A stretch of 64,000 bases of DNA, taken from assembly GCA_015257485.1 (NCBI GenBank), contig JABZKC010000001.1, forward strand, positions 5,078-69,077, given 5' to 3'. This DNA comes from Candidatus Nanosynbacter sp. (GTDB taxonomy: Bacteria; Patescibacteriota; Saccharimonadia; Saccharimonadales; Saccharimonadaceae). The notes under the pieces were generated by a model. That model saw only the letters and a list, made by a program, of their open reading frames with translations, had not been told where the DNA came from and did not search any database. A program made the position numbers and the translations under genes. Positions 19,973-29,109 of the stretch are shown one piece after another (position 1 is the first letter of the stretch; each line of letters opens with the position of its first letter).

Positions 19973-20948
19973 GCAATTTACAAATCAAATTCAGCATCAA
20001 TTCCTTCTCTTCCGGTTGACTTTCTGCAATCAAAAGCACCAAAGCCGTCAAAGCCCGATCAGAGAGCTTCGTCTCCCCCTGTTCATTCAATTGAAAGAAA
20101 TTCACCGAAAGATAGACTACAAAAAGTAACGCACTAATCTGTTGATTTCCCTCTAGAAACGGTTTCTCATGTACGATAAAATATAGTAATTTCGCCGCTC
20201 GCCTAGCCACCGAATCGCTTCGTTCGAACAAATTTTGTATTCGGGCCGAAATTAGCGTTTCGCCCCTGTTATTTCCCGCCAGCACCCCGAAATTTTCACT
20301 CTCATTCAATCTTTCGCGTAGGTCTGAAATATAATTTTCAATCTCTACTTCACTCAAATCTCTTCTCGCCCGGGCCTCTACCGAAAAAATAATTTTATTG
20401 TTCAGATACTCTGAAATCGTTGCAAAACTATCCGCATATTTCGTTACCACCTCGAGCACGCCATTTGCCTCATTTGCGCTCAGGCTAGTTTCCGTCAGCA
20501 TTCTACGCACAATTCCCAGCGTTTCCTCTAGGTTCTGCAATTTTTCGCTTTGCTCTGGCAGTTTCTTCACCAAATCATAATTAACCGCCACCCCCTCCGT
20601 CATATAACGCTTAATAATTGAGGAGGCCCAGATACGAAATTTTGTCGCTTTTTTCGAATTTACTCGATAACCTACCGAGATAATCACATCCAAATTATAC
20701 TTTTTAATCTTACGTGCAATCCGGCGACCCCCCTCGAGACGCTCTTCCACCTCTTCCTTCACGCATTTTTCCGCTTCCAGCTCCTCATCAGCAAAAATAT
20801 TACGTAAATGTCTGGAAATTACCGTACGATCCACCTCAAAAAGCTCCGCAATCTTCCCCTGTTCCGCCCAAATCGTCTGATTCATTTCATCTACATCGAA
20901 AAAGACTTCCCCCTCTGCACCCTGATAAATTTCTAGCTTCGTCATCAA
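19962..20948 (-). CDS. RhuM-family protein with a C-terminal degenerate Fic/DOC-like domain
   Basis: N-terminal IYQGAEGEVFFDVDEMNQTIWAEQGKIAELFEVDRTVISRHLRNIF...YNLDVIISVGYRVNSKKATKFRIWAS (RhuM-like). C-terminal HEKPFLEGNQQIS resembles a degenerate Fic motif HPFx(D/E)GNGR. Confidence 0.55.
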   Translation of the reverse strand: MMTKLEIYQGAEGEVFFDVDEMNQTIWAEQGKIAELFEVDRTVISRHLRNIFADEELEAEKCVKEEVEERLEGGRRIARKIKKYNLDVIISVGYRVNSKKATKFRIWASSIIKRYMTEGVAVNYDLVKKLPEQSEKLQNLEETLGIVRRMLTETSLSANEANGVLEVVTKYADSFATISEYLNNKIIFSVEARARRDLSEVEIENYISDLRERLNESENFGVLAGNNRGETLISARIQNLFERSDSVARRAAKLLYFIVHEKPFLEGNQQISALLFVVYLSVNFFQLNEQGETKLSDRALTALVLLIAESQPEEKELMLNLICKLLDK

Positions 20949-23326
20949 AGTTCTCCGAGGTTCTGCCCCGCCGTCACTTCCACCTTGAGCTTAATCTTCA
21001 ATTCTGGCGCCGCCCCTTCCATCTCTTTTTGCAAAATCATCTTTACCGCCTCTTGATCGGCCTGGTCACATTCCACCACCAAAGAATCATGAATTTGTAA
21101 CACCAATTTCGCTTCCTCTGGCAATTTCTTATCCACCGCAATCATCACCCGCTTCATCAAATCCGCCTCAGTTCCCTGAATCGGCATATTCTGCGCTGCT
21201 CGTTCTGCCGCATTACGAATAATAAAGTTCGAGGATTTCACATCTGGAGTCGGACGCTTGCGACCATAAAAAGTCCTCACTTCTCCGGTTTCTCGCGCCT
21301 CTTCTAAGGTGTGATTTAGATATGCATAAATCTTCTGGCGCACCTTAAAATACTCATCAATAAATCGCTTCGCCTCGAAGAAATTCATCTCCGTTGCATC
21401 GCTCAGACCCTTCGGACTCATGCCGTACATAATACCGAAATTAATCACCTTCGCCACGCGGCGCTGTAACTTCGTCACCTCTTCCATCGGTATCTGATAA
21501 ACTTCCGCCGCCGTCTTCGTGTGAATATCGACATCGTGGTTAAAATCTGAGACCAAAGCTTCATCTCCTGCGAGCACCGCCGCGAGCCTCAATTCGAACT
21601 GTGAATAGTCTGCCGAAACTAGTACTTTTCCCTCTGGTGCCACAAATCCTCGACGAATACGCTTCCCCTCCTCACTACGTACCGGAATATTCTGCAAATT
21701 CGGATTCAGACTTGAAAGTCGACCCGTCGCCGTCACGTTCTGCGTAAACGTCGAATGAATGCGCCCATCTGCCGCCACCTGTTCAATCAGCGGTGCAATA
21801 TAGGTCGATAATAGCTTCATCGTTTCTCGATAATGAATAATTTCTTTAATTATCGGATGCTCATCTTTGAGTTTTTCTAATTCCTTTGCCCCCGTCGAAT
21901 AACCTCTCGAGGTTTTCTTAATCCCCTTCACTGAAAGACCCAACTTTTCGAACAAAATTTGTGACATTTGAAGGGGCGAATTGACATTAAATTGTTCACC
22001 CGAAAGCTCATAAATTTTTTGTTCAATTTCTACCACTTTCCCCTCAAATTCCGTCTTCAAACCCTCAAAATATTCTCGGTCTAACAAAATCCCCGCCGCT
22101 TCCATCTTGTAGAGAATCGGCACTACTGGCATATCAAATTCCGTAAAAATTGTGTTCAATTTTTCATCTTTCGAAAAAGCCAAATATTGTTCACTAAATT
22201 TGTTCAATGTCGCTTCCGAATACACGCCGGTCAGCACCTCTTCCATCATACCAACCCCCTCCACCCCTGTACGGCGCAATGGATTTAGTAGAAAATCTGC
22301 CTGATCCAAATCCCAAAGCTTCCCCGCCTGAAAAACCCGTTCACGAAATTCGGCATTTTCATGCATCAAATCCTTAATGTTGCTCGCGATTAGCATTCCC
22401 TCCGGAATTTCCACTCGAGGCACCTCTCTCACTTCCGCCTCAGCATCCTTATCCGAAAAACCATTCTCAATTTTGAGTTTCTTCAGTAGATTATTAAATT
22501 CTAAACGCTTAAATACCTCTGAAATTCGAGAAAAATCTAGCTTCAAAGCCGGAACGTCCGAAAGCTTCACCGGCGCATCTGTCATAATTTTCGCGAGCTT
22601 AAGAGACATCTCAGCCGATTCCTTACCAGCAATTAGTTTCTTCTGTGTCGCCCCCGAAATTTCCTCAATATGGGTATAAATCCCCTCCAAGCTACCATAC
22701 TCGTTCAAAAGCTTCACCGCAGTTTTCTCGCCAATCCCCGGCACCCCCGGAATATTGTCCGAATTATCCCCTTTCAATGCCTTCAAATCCAAAAATTGTG
22801 ACTTCAAAATCCCATATTTTTCTTCTATCGCTGGAATATCCATCTCCTCGAGATCCGAAAATCCCCGCAAAATTCGATACATCTTAGTATTTTCATCCAC
22901 GATCTGCAACATATCAAGATCCGAAGACACGATATAAGTCATATAATCCCCCGCCTCATCCGCTTGACGCGCCAAGGTACCGATAATATCATCCGCCTCA
23001 TATTCGTCCACTTCCATGAAACCCCAAGACAGTGCCGAAATTAATTCCCGAAGCAAAGGAATCTGTGCATAAAAATCCTCTGGCGGTCTTACTCGCCCCG
23101 CCTTGTAATCCTTAAAAATCGCGAGCCTTTTCGCCGTCGAGGTATGTGCCTTATCCCACGCCACCACCACCTGGTCTGGTTGGATATTGCGCACGATTTC
23201 CATCGCGATTACCGCAAAGCCATACACTCCCGAAGTCGGCTCTCCCTTCGAAGTCGCCAAATTTCCCATCGCGTAGTAACCACGATAAAAAACGCTTTTT
23301 CCATCAATGATTACTAATTTTTTCAT
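20945..23326 (-). CDS. polA: DNA polymerase I (5'-3' exonuclease plus polymerase; probably lacking an active 3'-5' exonuclease)
   Basis: N-terminal MKKLVIIDGKSVFYRGYYA (5' nuclease). C-terminal pol A motifs RRVAKVINFGIMYGMS, LQIHDSLVVE. 793 aa. Confidence 0.95.
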   Translation of the reverse strand: MKKLVIIDGKSVFYRGYYAMGNLATSKGEPTSGVYGFAVIAMEIVRNIQPDQVVVAWDKAHTSTAKRLAIFKDYKAGRVRPPEDFYAQIPLLRELISALSWGFMEVDEYEADDIIGTLARQADEAGDYMTYIVSSDLDMLQIVDENTKMYRILRGFSDLEEMDIPAIEEKYGILKSQFLDLKALKGDNSDNIPGVPGIGEKTAVKLLNEYGSLEGIYTHIEEISGATQKKLIAGKESAEMSLKLAKIMTDAPVKLSDVPALKLDFSRISEVFKRLEFNNLLKKLKIENGFSDKDAEAEVREVPRVEIPEGMLIASNIKDLMHENAEFRERVFQAGKLWDLDQADFLLNPLRRTGVEGVGMMEEVLTGVYSEATLNKFSEQYLAFSKDEKLNTIFTEFDMPVVPILYKMEAAGILLDREYFEGLKTEFEGKVVEIEQKIYELSGEQFNVNSPLQMSQILFEKLGLSVKGIKKTSRGYSTGAKELEKLKDEHPIIKEIIHYRETMKLLSTYIAPLIEQVAADGRIHSTFTQNVTATGRLSSLNPNLQNIPVRSEEGKRIRRGFVAPEGKVLVSADYSQFELRLAAVLAGDEALVSDFNHDVDIHTKTAAEVYQIPMEEVTKLQRRVAKVINFGIMYGMSPKGLSDATEMNFFEAKRFIDEYFKVRQKIYAYLNHTLEEARETGEVRTFYGRKRPTPDVKSSNFIIRNAAERAAQNMPIQGTEADLMKRVMIAVDKKLPEEAKLVLQIHDSLVVECDQADQEAVKMILQKEMEGAAPELKIKLKVEVTAGQNLGEL

Positions 23327-23901
23327 TAAAATTCCATCCTCGTTAAAATTTCTGCCATTTTATCGTTCATTTCCGCCACACTGCCGTCATTCAAAATATA
23401 ATAATCCGCCATCGCAATCGGCCCACCTTTTTCAATATTCTCTACTTCCGTATAGTCTCGTTCCTGGATTTCCTTCAAAGTAAACGGTCGCTCCTCACGC
23501 TTGCCCACTCGAAAATGCCTCAGCGCTTTCGGCACTACAATCGCCACCACGGTCAAAAGTCCCGGATATTTACTCTTCAGTTCCTTATATTCCGTCCAAG
23601 AATATAACCCATCCAGCACAATTCGCTTCTGTCCCGAAGCAATCAAATTATCAATTTCCCCCATCACCTGACGCACCACCCAATCTTTCCCCTCAGTTTC
23701 ACGAATCATCTCTCGGAATTGACGCTCACTCGACCCGTCCGCCGTACGCTGAATTCCCCGGCGTTCCATCTCCTTATAAATCATTCCCCCAAAATAAACT
23801 TTCGGTATCCCTTTTTTAGTCAAAAAATCCACCACCACCGATTTACCCGATCCGCTCATCCCCACTACCGCTAAAATTTTTACCTCACTTTTTTCGCTCA
23901 T
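23326..23901 (-). CDS. P-loop nucleotide kinase (dephospho-CoA kinase-like/AAA family)
   Basis: ILAVVGMSGSGKSVV Walker A; size and pattern resemble CoaE-like kinases. Its start coincides with the polA stop. Confidence 0.5.
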   Translation of the reverse strand: MSEKSEVKILAVVGMSGSGKSVVVDFLTKKGIPKVYFGGMIYKEMERRGIQRTADGSSERQFREMIRETEGKDWVVRQVMGEIDNLIASGQKRIVLDGLYSWTEYKELKSKYPGLLTVVAIVVPKALRHFRVGKREERPFTLKEIQERDYTEVENIEKGGPIAMADYYILNDGSVAEMNDKMAEILTRMEF

Positions 23902-24641
23902 TTTTGCTCCCAGTTATTAAAAAATTCTACAAATCGCTCTCGCATTTTCGCCTGACTCATATAAATCAGCACCGGATTTCCCTCCACGTCCGTCAAAGTC
24001 CCCAAACTTTCGCTCGGCACATAAAAAGTCGTGCGATGCTTCGCCGAAAGTCGCATCAAAATCCGCTCATACCATTTCTCCGTTTGATCATAAATCTCAA
24101 AACGCTCGATAAATCTGCAATATTTTTTCTTCGCAAAATCTTTCGGATAAAACACAAAAACTTCACCAAATCGCGTCAGATCCGCATCTACTTTCATCAA
24201 CACCAAGCACTGAATTTCAGTGCTGAATCCCACTATAAGATTGGTATAAATCGCCTCCGTCACAGTACGGGTCGCGAGCTCCTCATTCGCATCATAAAAT
24301 TCTCGTGTCTTGGTGTCTTCATCGATATGATAGCCCACCACCAACTGAAATTGTTCCGGCAAAAGCACCCGCTCCACCTCCTCACTCACTGGATGCCCTG
24401 CCTCATCATGCATCGAGTGCGCCACTCCGTCATAAGACGCCCCGTCCCCCATTTCATCGAACTCACCCTTAGTCCCGGCACCACTCTCCAGATTATATTT
24501 CTCCAGCCCCGCCATAAAAATTCGCGCCATTTTCAGCTGATTTTCCGCCACCCATTCTCTATCTACTTCTGGTTGACTTTTGGCAAAGAAAAATTCAAAA
24601 ATCCCCCGACCTTTGTTTGTTTTTACACCTAATTGCACCAT
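23898..24641 (-). CDS. Hypothetical protein (247 aa)
   Basis: Normal acidic composition and co-directional with neighbours. The antisense ORF 23904..24632 is extremely basic and His/Arg-rich and is probably an artefact. Confidence 0.5.
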   Translation of the reverse strand: MVQLGVKTNKGRGIFEFFFAKSQPEVDREWVAENQLKMARIFMAGLEKYNLESGAGTKGEFDEMGDGASYDGVAHSMHDEAGHPVSEEVERVLLPEQFQLVVGYHIDEDTKTREFYDANEELATRTVTEAIYTNLIVGFSTEIQCLVLMKVDADLTRFGEVFVFYPKDFAKKKYCRFIERFEIYDQTEKWYERILMRLSAKHRTTFYVPSESLGTLTDVEGNPVLIYMSQAKMRERFVEFFNNWEQK

Positions 24642-24753
24642 TACTTTTATCTTATCACAGGTTAAGACGGATGAAAACTCACACCTCTATGATTTTACAA
24701 GTGAAGCCGCACTACGCCTCCCGTGATTTCACAGAAGAATCACTTCCACATCA

Positions 24754-26757
24754 CTATGGCTTACGCGTAAAGTACCCTTGTACTCCCGGGCGGTCCACTC
24801 TAAGCCAACTTAAATCTGCTGCACCTGGAGCCGCCAAAAATGAGCCATTACCGCCACGGAGCTTTTTACGATTTACAAACATTGCTGAAAAATTTATAAC
24901 TTTAGCAGTATCGAAATCATTATTTACATAAATTGTTTCTAACTTATCATTAAGCTTATCTTCATCTTGAAGGCTAAACATATTCTCCATATTCGTTACC
25001 TGGGAGGTATCAAAGTTGGAGAGATCAAGTGAGGTAAGACCAGACATATCAGAAAACATAGCTTCCATATTTGTTACCTTAGAGGTATCGAAGTTAGAGA
25101 GATTAAGGGAAGTGAGGCTAGACGTATTATGAAACATATAGTTCATATCCGTCACCTTTGAAGTATCGAAATTGGAGAGATCAAGGGAGGCGAGACTAGA
25201 CGTATCACGAAACATAAAGTGCATATCTGTCACTTTCGAGGTATCGAAGTGGGAGAGATTAAGGGAGGTGAGACTAGGCATGTCATAAAACATACCACTC
25301 ATATCCGTCACCTGTGAAGTATTGAAGCTAGAAAGATTAAGAGCAGTGAGGTTGCGCATGCCATAAAACATGAAACTCATCTTCGTTGTCTTCGAGGTAT
25401 CAAAGTTGGAGAGATCAAGTGAAGTAAGGTTAGGTATACCATAAAACATAAAGCCCATATTCGTCACCTCCGAAGTATTGAAGCTAGAAAGATTAAGGGA
25501 GGTAAGATTAGTCATGCTAGAAAACATATTACCCATATTCGTTACCTTCGAGGTATCAAAGTTGGAAAGGTCAAGGGCAGTGACATTAGACATACCATAA
25601 AACATTAAACCCATATTTGTTACCTTCGAGGTGTCAAAGTTGGAGAGATCAAGAGTGGTGAGATTAGACATACCATAAAACATATTGTGCATATCCGTTA
25701 CCTGTGAAGTATTGAAACTAGAAAGATTAAGGGCAGAGAGGTCACGCATACCATGAAACATTAAACTCATATCCGTTACCTTAGAGGTATCGAAGTGGGA
25801 GACATTGAGCGTGGTGAGATTAGACATACCATAAAACATACCGCCCATATTCGTTACCTCGGAGGTATCGAAGTTAGAGAGATCTATCTCTAAGATGTTT
25901 TTGATTTTTTGTTCATCAGATTTTGAAAAGAACATCTCATTGCTCTTCTTATTTAAATAAACTTTTCCCGGTTCAGTGTAATAATAAGCTGTCTTATCAG
26001 TCGGGTCTAACCAAAGTTTAATTTCGCATTCAGACTCATCATCATCAATATTCACCGCATTCATAGAAGCAGCTGGCGCAACAGGGCTCTTCTTAAAGTG
26101 CTCTATTTTATTTGTAGCGGTTTCCAAGGCTTTTAGTTTTGCATTAAAATCTGGGCCCTCTGTCATGATAGCTTTTGGCGTATATGGATTTGAAACCACC
26201 GAGATTATGAGCTTGTTTTCGTAATTACCAGGCTTAAGGCTGCTATTTAATTTCATACCAAGCTTAATGGTGTGGTTTTCTTCATCGGTAGATTTTTCGG
26301 TAGTATGAATAAGATTAGCTGGTGTAGAAAGTGCTGGGATAGGATTAAAATCAGTATTTGTATTGAAGCTATAGCCCCAGGTATTAGCAGGAAGATTGGA
26401 GAGAGAAGATACTGAAGAGATGGAGCTGATTTTTGTAGTAATGGCAGGGTTAGTATTTAATAGAGCAGTTTCATCAGTCTTAGCGCTAAGAGTAGCGGTA
26501 TAGCCAGTCTTATTAGTAGTTTTTACCTTGAGATTAATTGCATGTTCAGCAGTCTCGGAGCTAGATTCGATGGCTTCAGTACCATCAATAACTGCAGTGT
26601 TTTCATTGACGGAAGCTGAGAGCGTAGCTTTATAATATTCCGCAAATGAATTCTGACTAAACGCAAAATTTAACGTGAGTGATATTAAAACTATAAGAAA
26701 GCCAAAAATAGTCTTATCTAAAATAATATTTAAAATATTAAACTTTTCTCTCTTCAT
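24754..26757 (-). CDS. Secreted BspA-family (DUF285-type) leucine-rich-repeat surface protein
   Basis: N-terminal signal/anchor helix. At least 12 tandem 23-aa repeats of the form LSNFDTSKVTNMxxMFxxMSNLTSLD (the FDTS-V-MxxMF motif of DUF285/BspA LRR). Confidence 0.8.
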   Translation of the reverse strand: MKREKFNILNIILDKTIFGFLIVLISLTLNFAFSQNSFAEYYKATLSASVNENTAVIDGTEAIESSSETAEHAINLKVKTTNKTGYTATLSAKTDETALLNTNPAITTKISSISSVSSLSNLPANTWGYSFNTNTDFNPIPALSTPANLIHTTEKSTDEENHTIKLGMKLNSSLKPGNYENKLIISVVSNPYTPKAIMTEGPDFNAKLKALETATNKIEHFKKSPVAPAASMNAVNIDDDESECEIKLWLDPTDKTAYYYTEPGKVYLNKKSNEMFFSKSDEQKIKNILEIDLSNFDTSEVTNMGGMFYGMSNLTTLNVSHFDTSKVTDMSLMFHGMRDLSALNLSSFNTSQVTDMHNMFYGMSNLTTLDLSNFDTSKVTNMGLMFYGMSNVTALDLSNFDTSKVTNMGNMFSSMTNLTSLNLSSFNTSEVTNMGFMFYGIPNLTSLDLSNFDTSKTTKMSFMFYGMRNLTALNLSSFNTSQVTDMSGMFYDMPSLTSLNLSHFDTSKVTDMHFMFRDTSSLASLDLSNFDTSKVTDMNYMFHNTSSLTSLNLSNFDTSKVTNMEAMFSDMSGLTSLDLSNFDTSQVTNMENMFSLQDEDKLNDKLETIYVNNDFDTAKVINFSAMFVNRKKLRGGNGSFLAAPGAADLSWLRVDRPGVQGYFTRKP
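24957..25887. repeat. Tandem 69-bp coding repeats inside the BspA-like gene
   Basis: The DNA periodicity matches the 23-aa protein repeat; copies are imperfect. Confidence 0.7.
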
Positions 26758-26978
26758 GATAACCTTATTTTAGCATAAGAACCTTCAGCAAAACCAAAAG
26801 CGTTATTGATTTTCTTTCATTTTTATTGTGAAGTCATTAAAAGTACCGCCTATTTTGATATAAAGAATGTCGTCTTACCTTTTTGAGGACATAGGCTTGG
26901 GCAAGCGCCCTTGAGCGGTCCGAAAAAAGGCATGCGACATTCTGTAACATTCTTTCCTGCTTACGCTATAATATATTT

Positions 26979-27914
26979 ATGAACAAAAACTCCACTTCAC
27001 TTTATGATGTCGCCATCATTGGCGCTGGTATCGCTGGCATGACCGCCGCCCTTTACCTTTTGCGTAATCATCAAAAAGTTCTTTTGCTCGAAAATACCGG
27101 CTACGGCGGCCAAATTCTAGAAGCTCCGATCGTCGAAAATTATCCTGGTTTTACCAAAGTTAGTGGCCCCGAACTTTCCGAACATATTTATCAACAGTTA
27201 AAGCCTCTCGGTCTTTCCCTTACTTACGATAAAATTAAACATCTTGAAAAGACCACCACACATTTTACCCTAACTGGCGATCAAACTTATACCGCCAAAT
27301 CCGTCATTCTCGCCACCGGCACCACTCCGCGCCGTCTCAATCTTATTAACGAATCAGAGCTTATCGGCCACGGCATTTCCTATTGCGCGACTTGCGATGG
27401 CGCTTTTTATCAAAATCAAACCGTTGCTGTCGTCGGTGGTGGCAATTCCGCCCTTCTCGCCGCCTCTTATCTCTCTCATATTGCGCAAAAAGTTTTCCCC
27501 ATTCATCGCCGCAATCATTTTACCGCCGAAAAGGCCCTAATTTCCCAAATTCAAAACTCCACCAATATCGAAATTCTCTACAATCAGGAAATTCTCGCTT
27601 ATCACGCCAACGAAGATCATCATCTCGATTCCCTCATCTTAAAAAATCAACAAGTTCTGCCTGTCTCCAGTCTCTTCGTCGAAATTGGTCGCCTTTCTTC
27701 CCTCACCGAAATTTTCAAAGATAGCAATCTCAAAAGCCTCCTCCTCTTCGATCAATCTGGTTTCATTATTACCGACGATACCTGTTCCACTAACCTCGCT
27801 GGTCTCTTCGCCGCCGGCGACTGTCGCTCCAAAAAATTCCGCCAACTCGTCACCGCTTCCTCCGACGGTGCCATTGCCGCCAATTCTGCTATTGAGTTTC
27901 TTTCACAGATTTAA
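26979..27914 (+). CDS. trxB: Thioredoxin-disulfide reductase
   Basis: IIGAGIAGMTAA (FAD), redox-active CATC (GISYCATCDG), VVGGGNSAL (NADPH) and C-terminal GDCRS. A TATAAT lies about 10 bp upstream of the ATG. Confidence 0.9.
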   Translation: MNKNSTSLYDVAIIGAGIAGMTAALYLLRNHQKVLLLENTGYGGQILEAPIVENYPGFTKVSGPELSEHIYQQLKPLGLSLTYDKIKHLEKTTTHFTLTGDQTYTAKSVILATGTTPRRLNLINESELIGHGISYCATCDGAFYQNQTVAVVGGGNSALLAASYLSHIAQKVFPIHRRNHFTAEKALISQIQNSTNIEILYNQEILAYHANEDHHLDSLILKNQQVLPVSSLFVEIGRLSSLTEIFKDSNLKSLLLFDQSGFIITDDTCSTNLAGLFAAGDCRSKKFRQLVTASSDGAIAANSAIEFLSQI

Positions 27915-28049
27915 TTAAATCAGATCACTTATAATTTCTTTCACAAGTTTAATTAAATCGGCACCTCCATATTTTTTCCGCAAATTTAAGTAAATCGGCA
28001 TATTCAAATTTTTCATCAATAAAAAACTGGCTCATGCCAGATAAAAAAA

Positions 28050-28125
28050 TGGAGCCATTGGCAGGGATCGAACCTGTGACCTGCTCGTTACGAATGAGCT
28101 GCTCTACCAACTGAGCTACAATGGC
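28050..28125 (-). tRNA. tRNA-Thr (anticodon CGT)
   Basis: Reverse complement GCCATTGTAGCTCAGTTGGTAGAGCAGCTCATTCGTAACGAGCAGGTCACAGGTTCGATCCCTGCCAATGGCTCCA. Anticodon loop TTCGTAA. Confidence 0.8.
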
Positions 28126-28156
28126 ATAGAGACATTATACATTATTTTTTTCTTTA

Positions 28157-28924
28157 ATGTATAATGAGGTCATGAAGAGCCTCATCTCGGATCTCATCGC
28201 TCATCGCGGCATGCACGGGACTTATCAAGGCGCCAAGAATTTTCCCGAAAATTCTCTTTCCGCATTTAAGCGCGCCCTGCTCGCGAATTATGCTATCGAA
28301 CTGGATGTTCATCTTACCAAAGACCTTCAGCTCGCAGTTTTTCATGACCACGACACCAAGCGCCTCACTGGAAAATCTTTTAATCTTGAATTTACTGAAC
28401 TTGCCACGCTTCAAAAACTGAAACTTATTAATTCTGACGGCGTCACCACCACCCAGCACATTCCGGCACTTTCCGAAGTTCTCGATTTAATTCACGCCAA
28501 AGTCCCCCTTCTCATCGAACTTAAAACCACCAGAAATTCCGATATTTCCCTCTTCGGTAAAACCCTTCTCACCACGCTCGAAAAATATCTAAAAAGCTAC
28601 CGTTCACCGAAAATTTATCTCCAAAGTTTCGACCCGCGCATCGTCTACTGGGTTAAACACCATCATCCTAAAATACCTGTCGGCCTTCTCCTCTCTGACG
28701 ACTCCAACCTTGCTAAAAAATATGACTTCTTCGTCAACAACCCTCTAATTTGGCGCTTCACTAAGCCAGATTTTCTCAGTGTCAACGAATCCATGCTTTC
28801 CCGCCCTGCCATCCAAAAATTTAAGACCAAGGCGCCAGTTTTCTGCTACACCATCGATGACGAGAAAAAACTTCAGGAATTAAAACCCCTCGCCACCCAA
28901 TTTATTGTCGAAAAAATCCTCTAA
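28157..28924 (+). CDS. Glycerophosphodiester phosphodiesterase
   Basis: AHRGMHG...ENSLSAFKRALLANYAIELDVHLTKDLQLAVFHDHD (GDPD catalytic HR...E..D..H.D motifs). The overlapping minus ORF 28154..28459 was rejected. Confidence 0.85.
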   Translation: MYNEVMKSLISDLIAHRGMHGTYQGAKNFPENSLSAFKRALLANYAIELDVHLTKDLQLAVFHDHDTKRLTGKSFNLEFTELATLQKLKLINSDGVTTTQHIPALSEVLDLIHAKVPLLIELKTTRNSDISLFGKTLLTTLEKYLKSYRSPKIYLQSFDPRIVYWVKHHHPKIPVGLLLSDDSNLAKKYDFFVNNPLIWRFTKPDFLSVNESMLSRPAIQKFKTKAPVFCYTIDDEKKLQELKPLATQFIVEKIL

Positions 28925-29012
28925 TCTAAACAATTTTCAAAAAACAAAACTTATCACTAAAACTCGCCGTCACTTAAAATCCACCAAGCTCTATTTTCAA
29001 ACCACAAAAAAT

Positions 29013-29030
29013 AGCCCGAAGGGCTTTATT
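29013..29030. terminator. Bidirectional rho-independent terminator between the GDPD gene (+) and tRNA-Asp (-)
   Basis: AGCCCGAAGGGCT hairpin flanked by A-run and T-run on both sides. Confidence 0.55.
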
Positions 29031-29031
29031 C

Positions 29032-29108
29032 TGGCGGATCCGACGAGACTCGAACTCGCGACCTCTGCCGTGACAGGGCAGCGCTCTAACCAACTGAGCT
29101 ACGAATCC
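29032..29108 (-). tRNA. tRNA-Asp (anticodon GTC)
   Basis: Reverse complement GGATTCGTAGCTCAGTTGGTTAGAGCGCTGCCCTGTCACGGCAGAGGTCGCGAGTTCGAGTCTCGTCGGATCCGCCA. Anticodon loop CTGTCAC. Confidence 0.85.
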
Positions 29109-29109
29109 A

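Noticed and set aside
23904-24632. 242-aa plus-strand ORF
   Set aside because: Antisense to the 23898..24641 CDS. Its product is extremely R/H/K-rich with no hydrophobic core, and it is oriented against all neighbouring genes. Treated as an artefact of the AT-skewed antisense frame.
24957-25887. Possible CRISPR-like array, considered because of regular 69-bp periodicity
   Set aside because: The repeats are in-frame coding repeats of the BspA-like LRR protein, and there are no unique spacers between conserved repeats.
28154-28459. 101-aa minus-strand ORF
   Set aside because: Completely overlaps, in antisense, the well-supported glycerophosphodiester phosphodiesterase gene.
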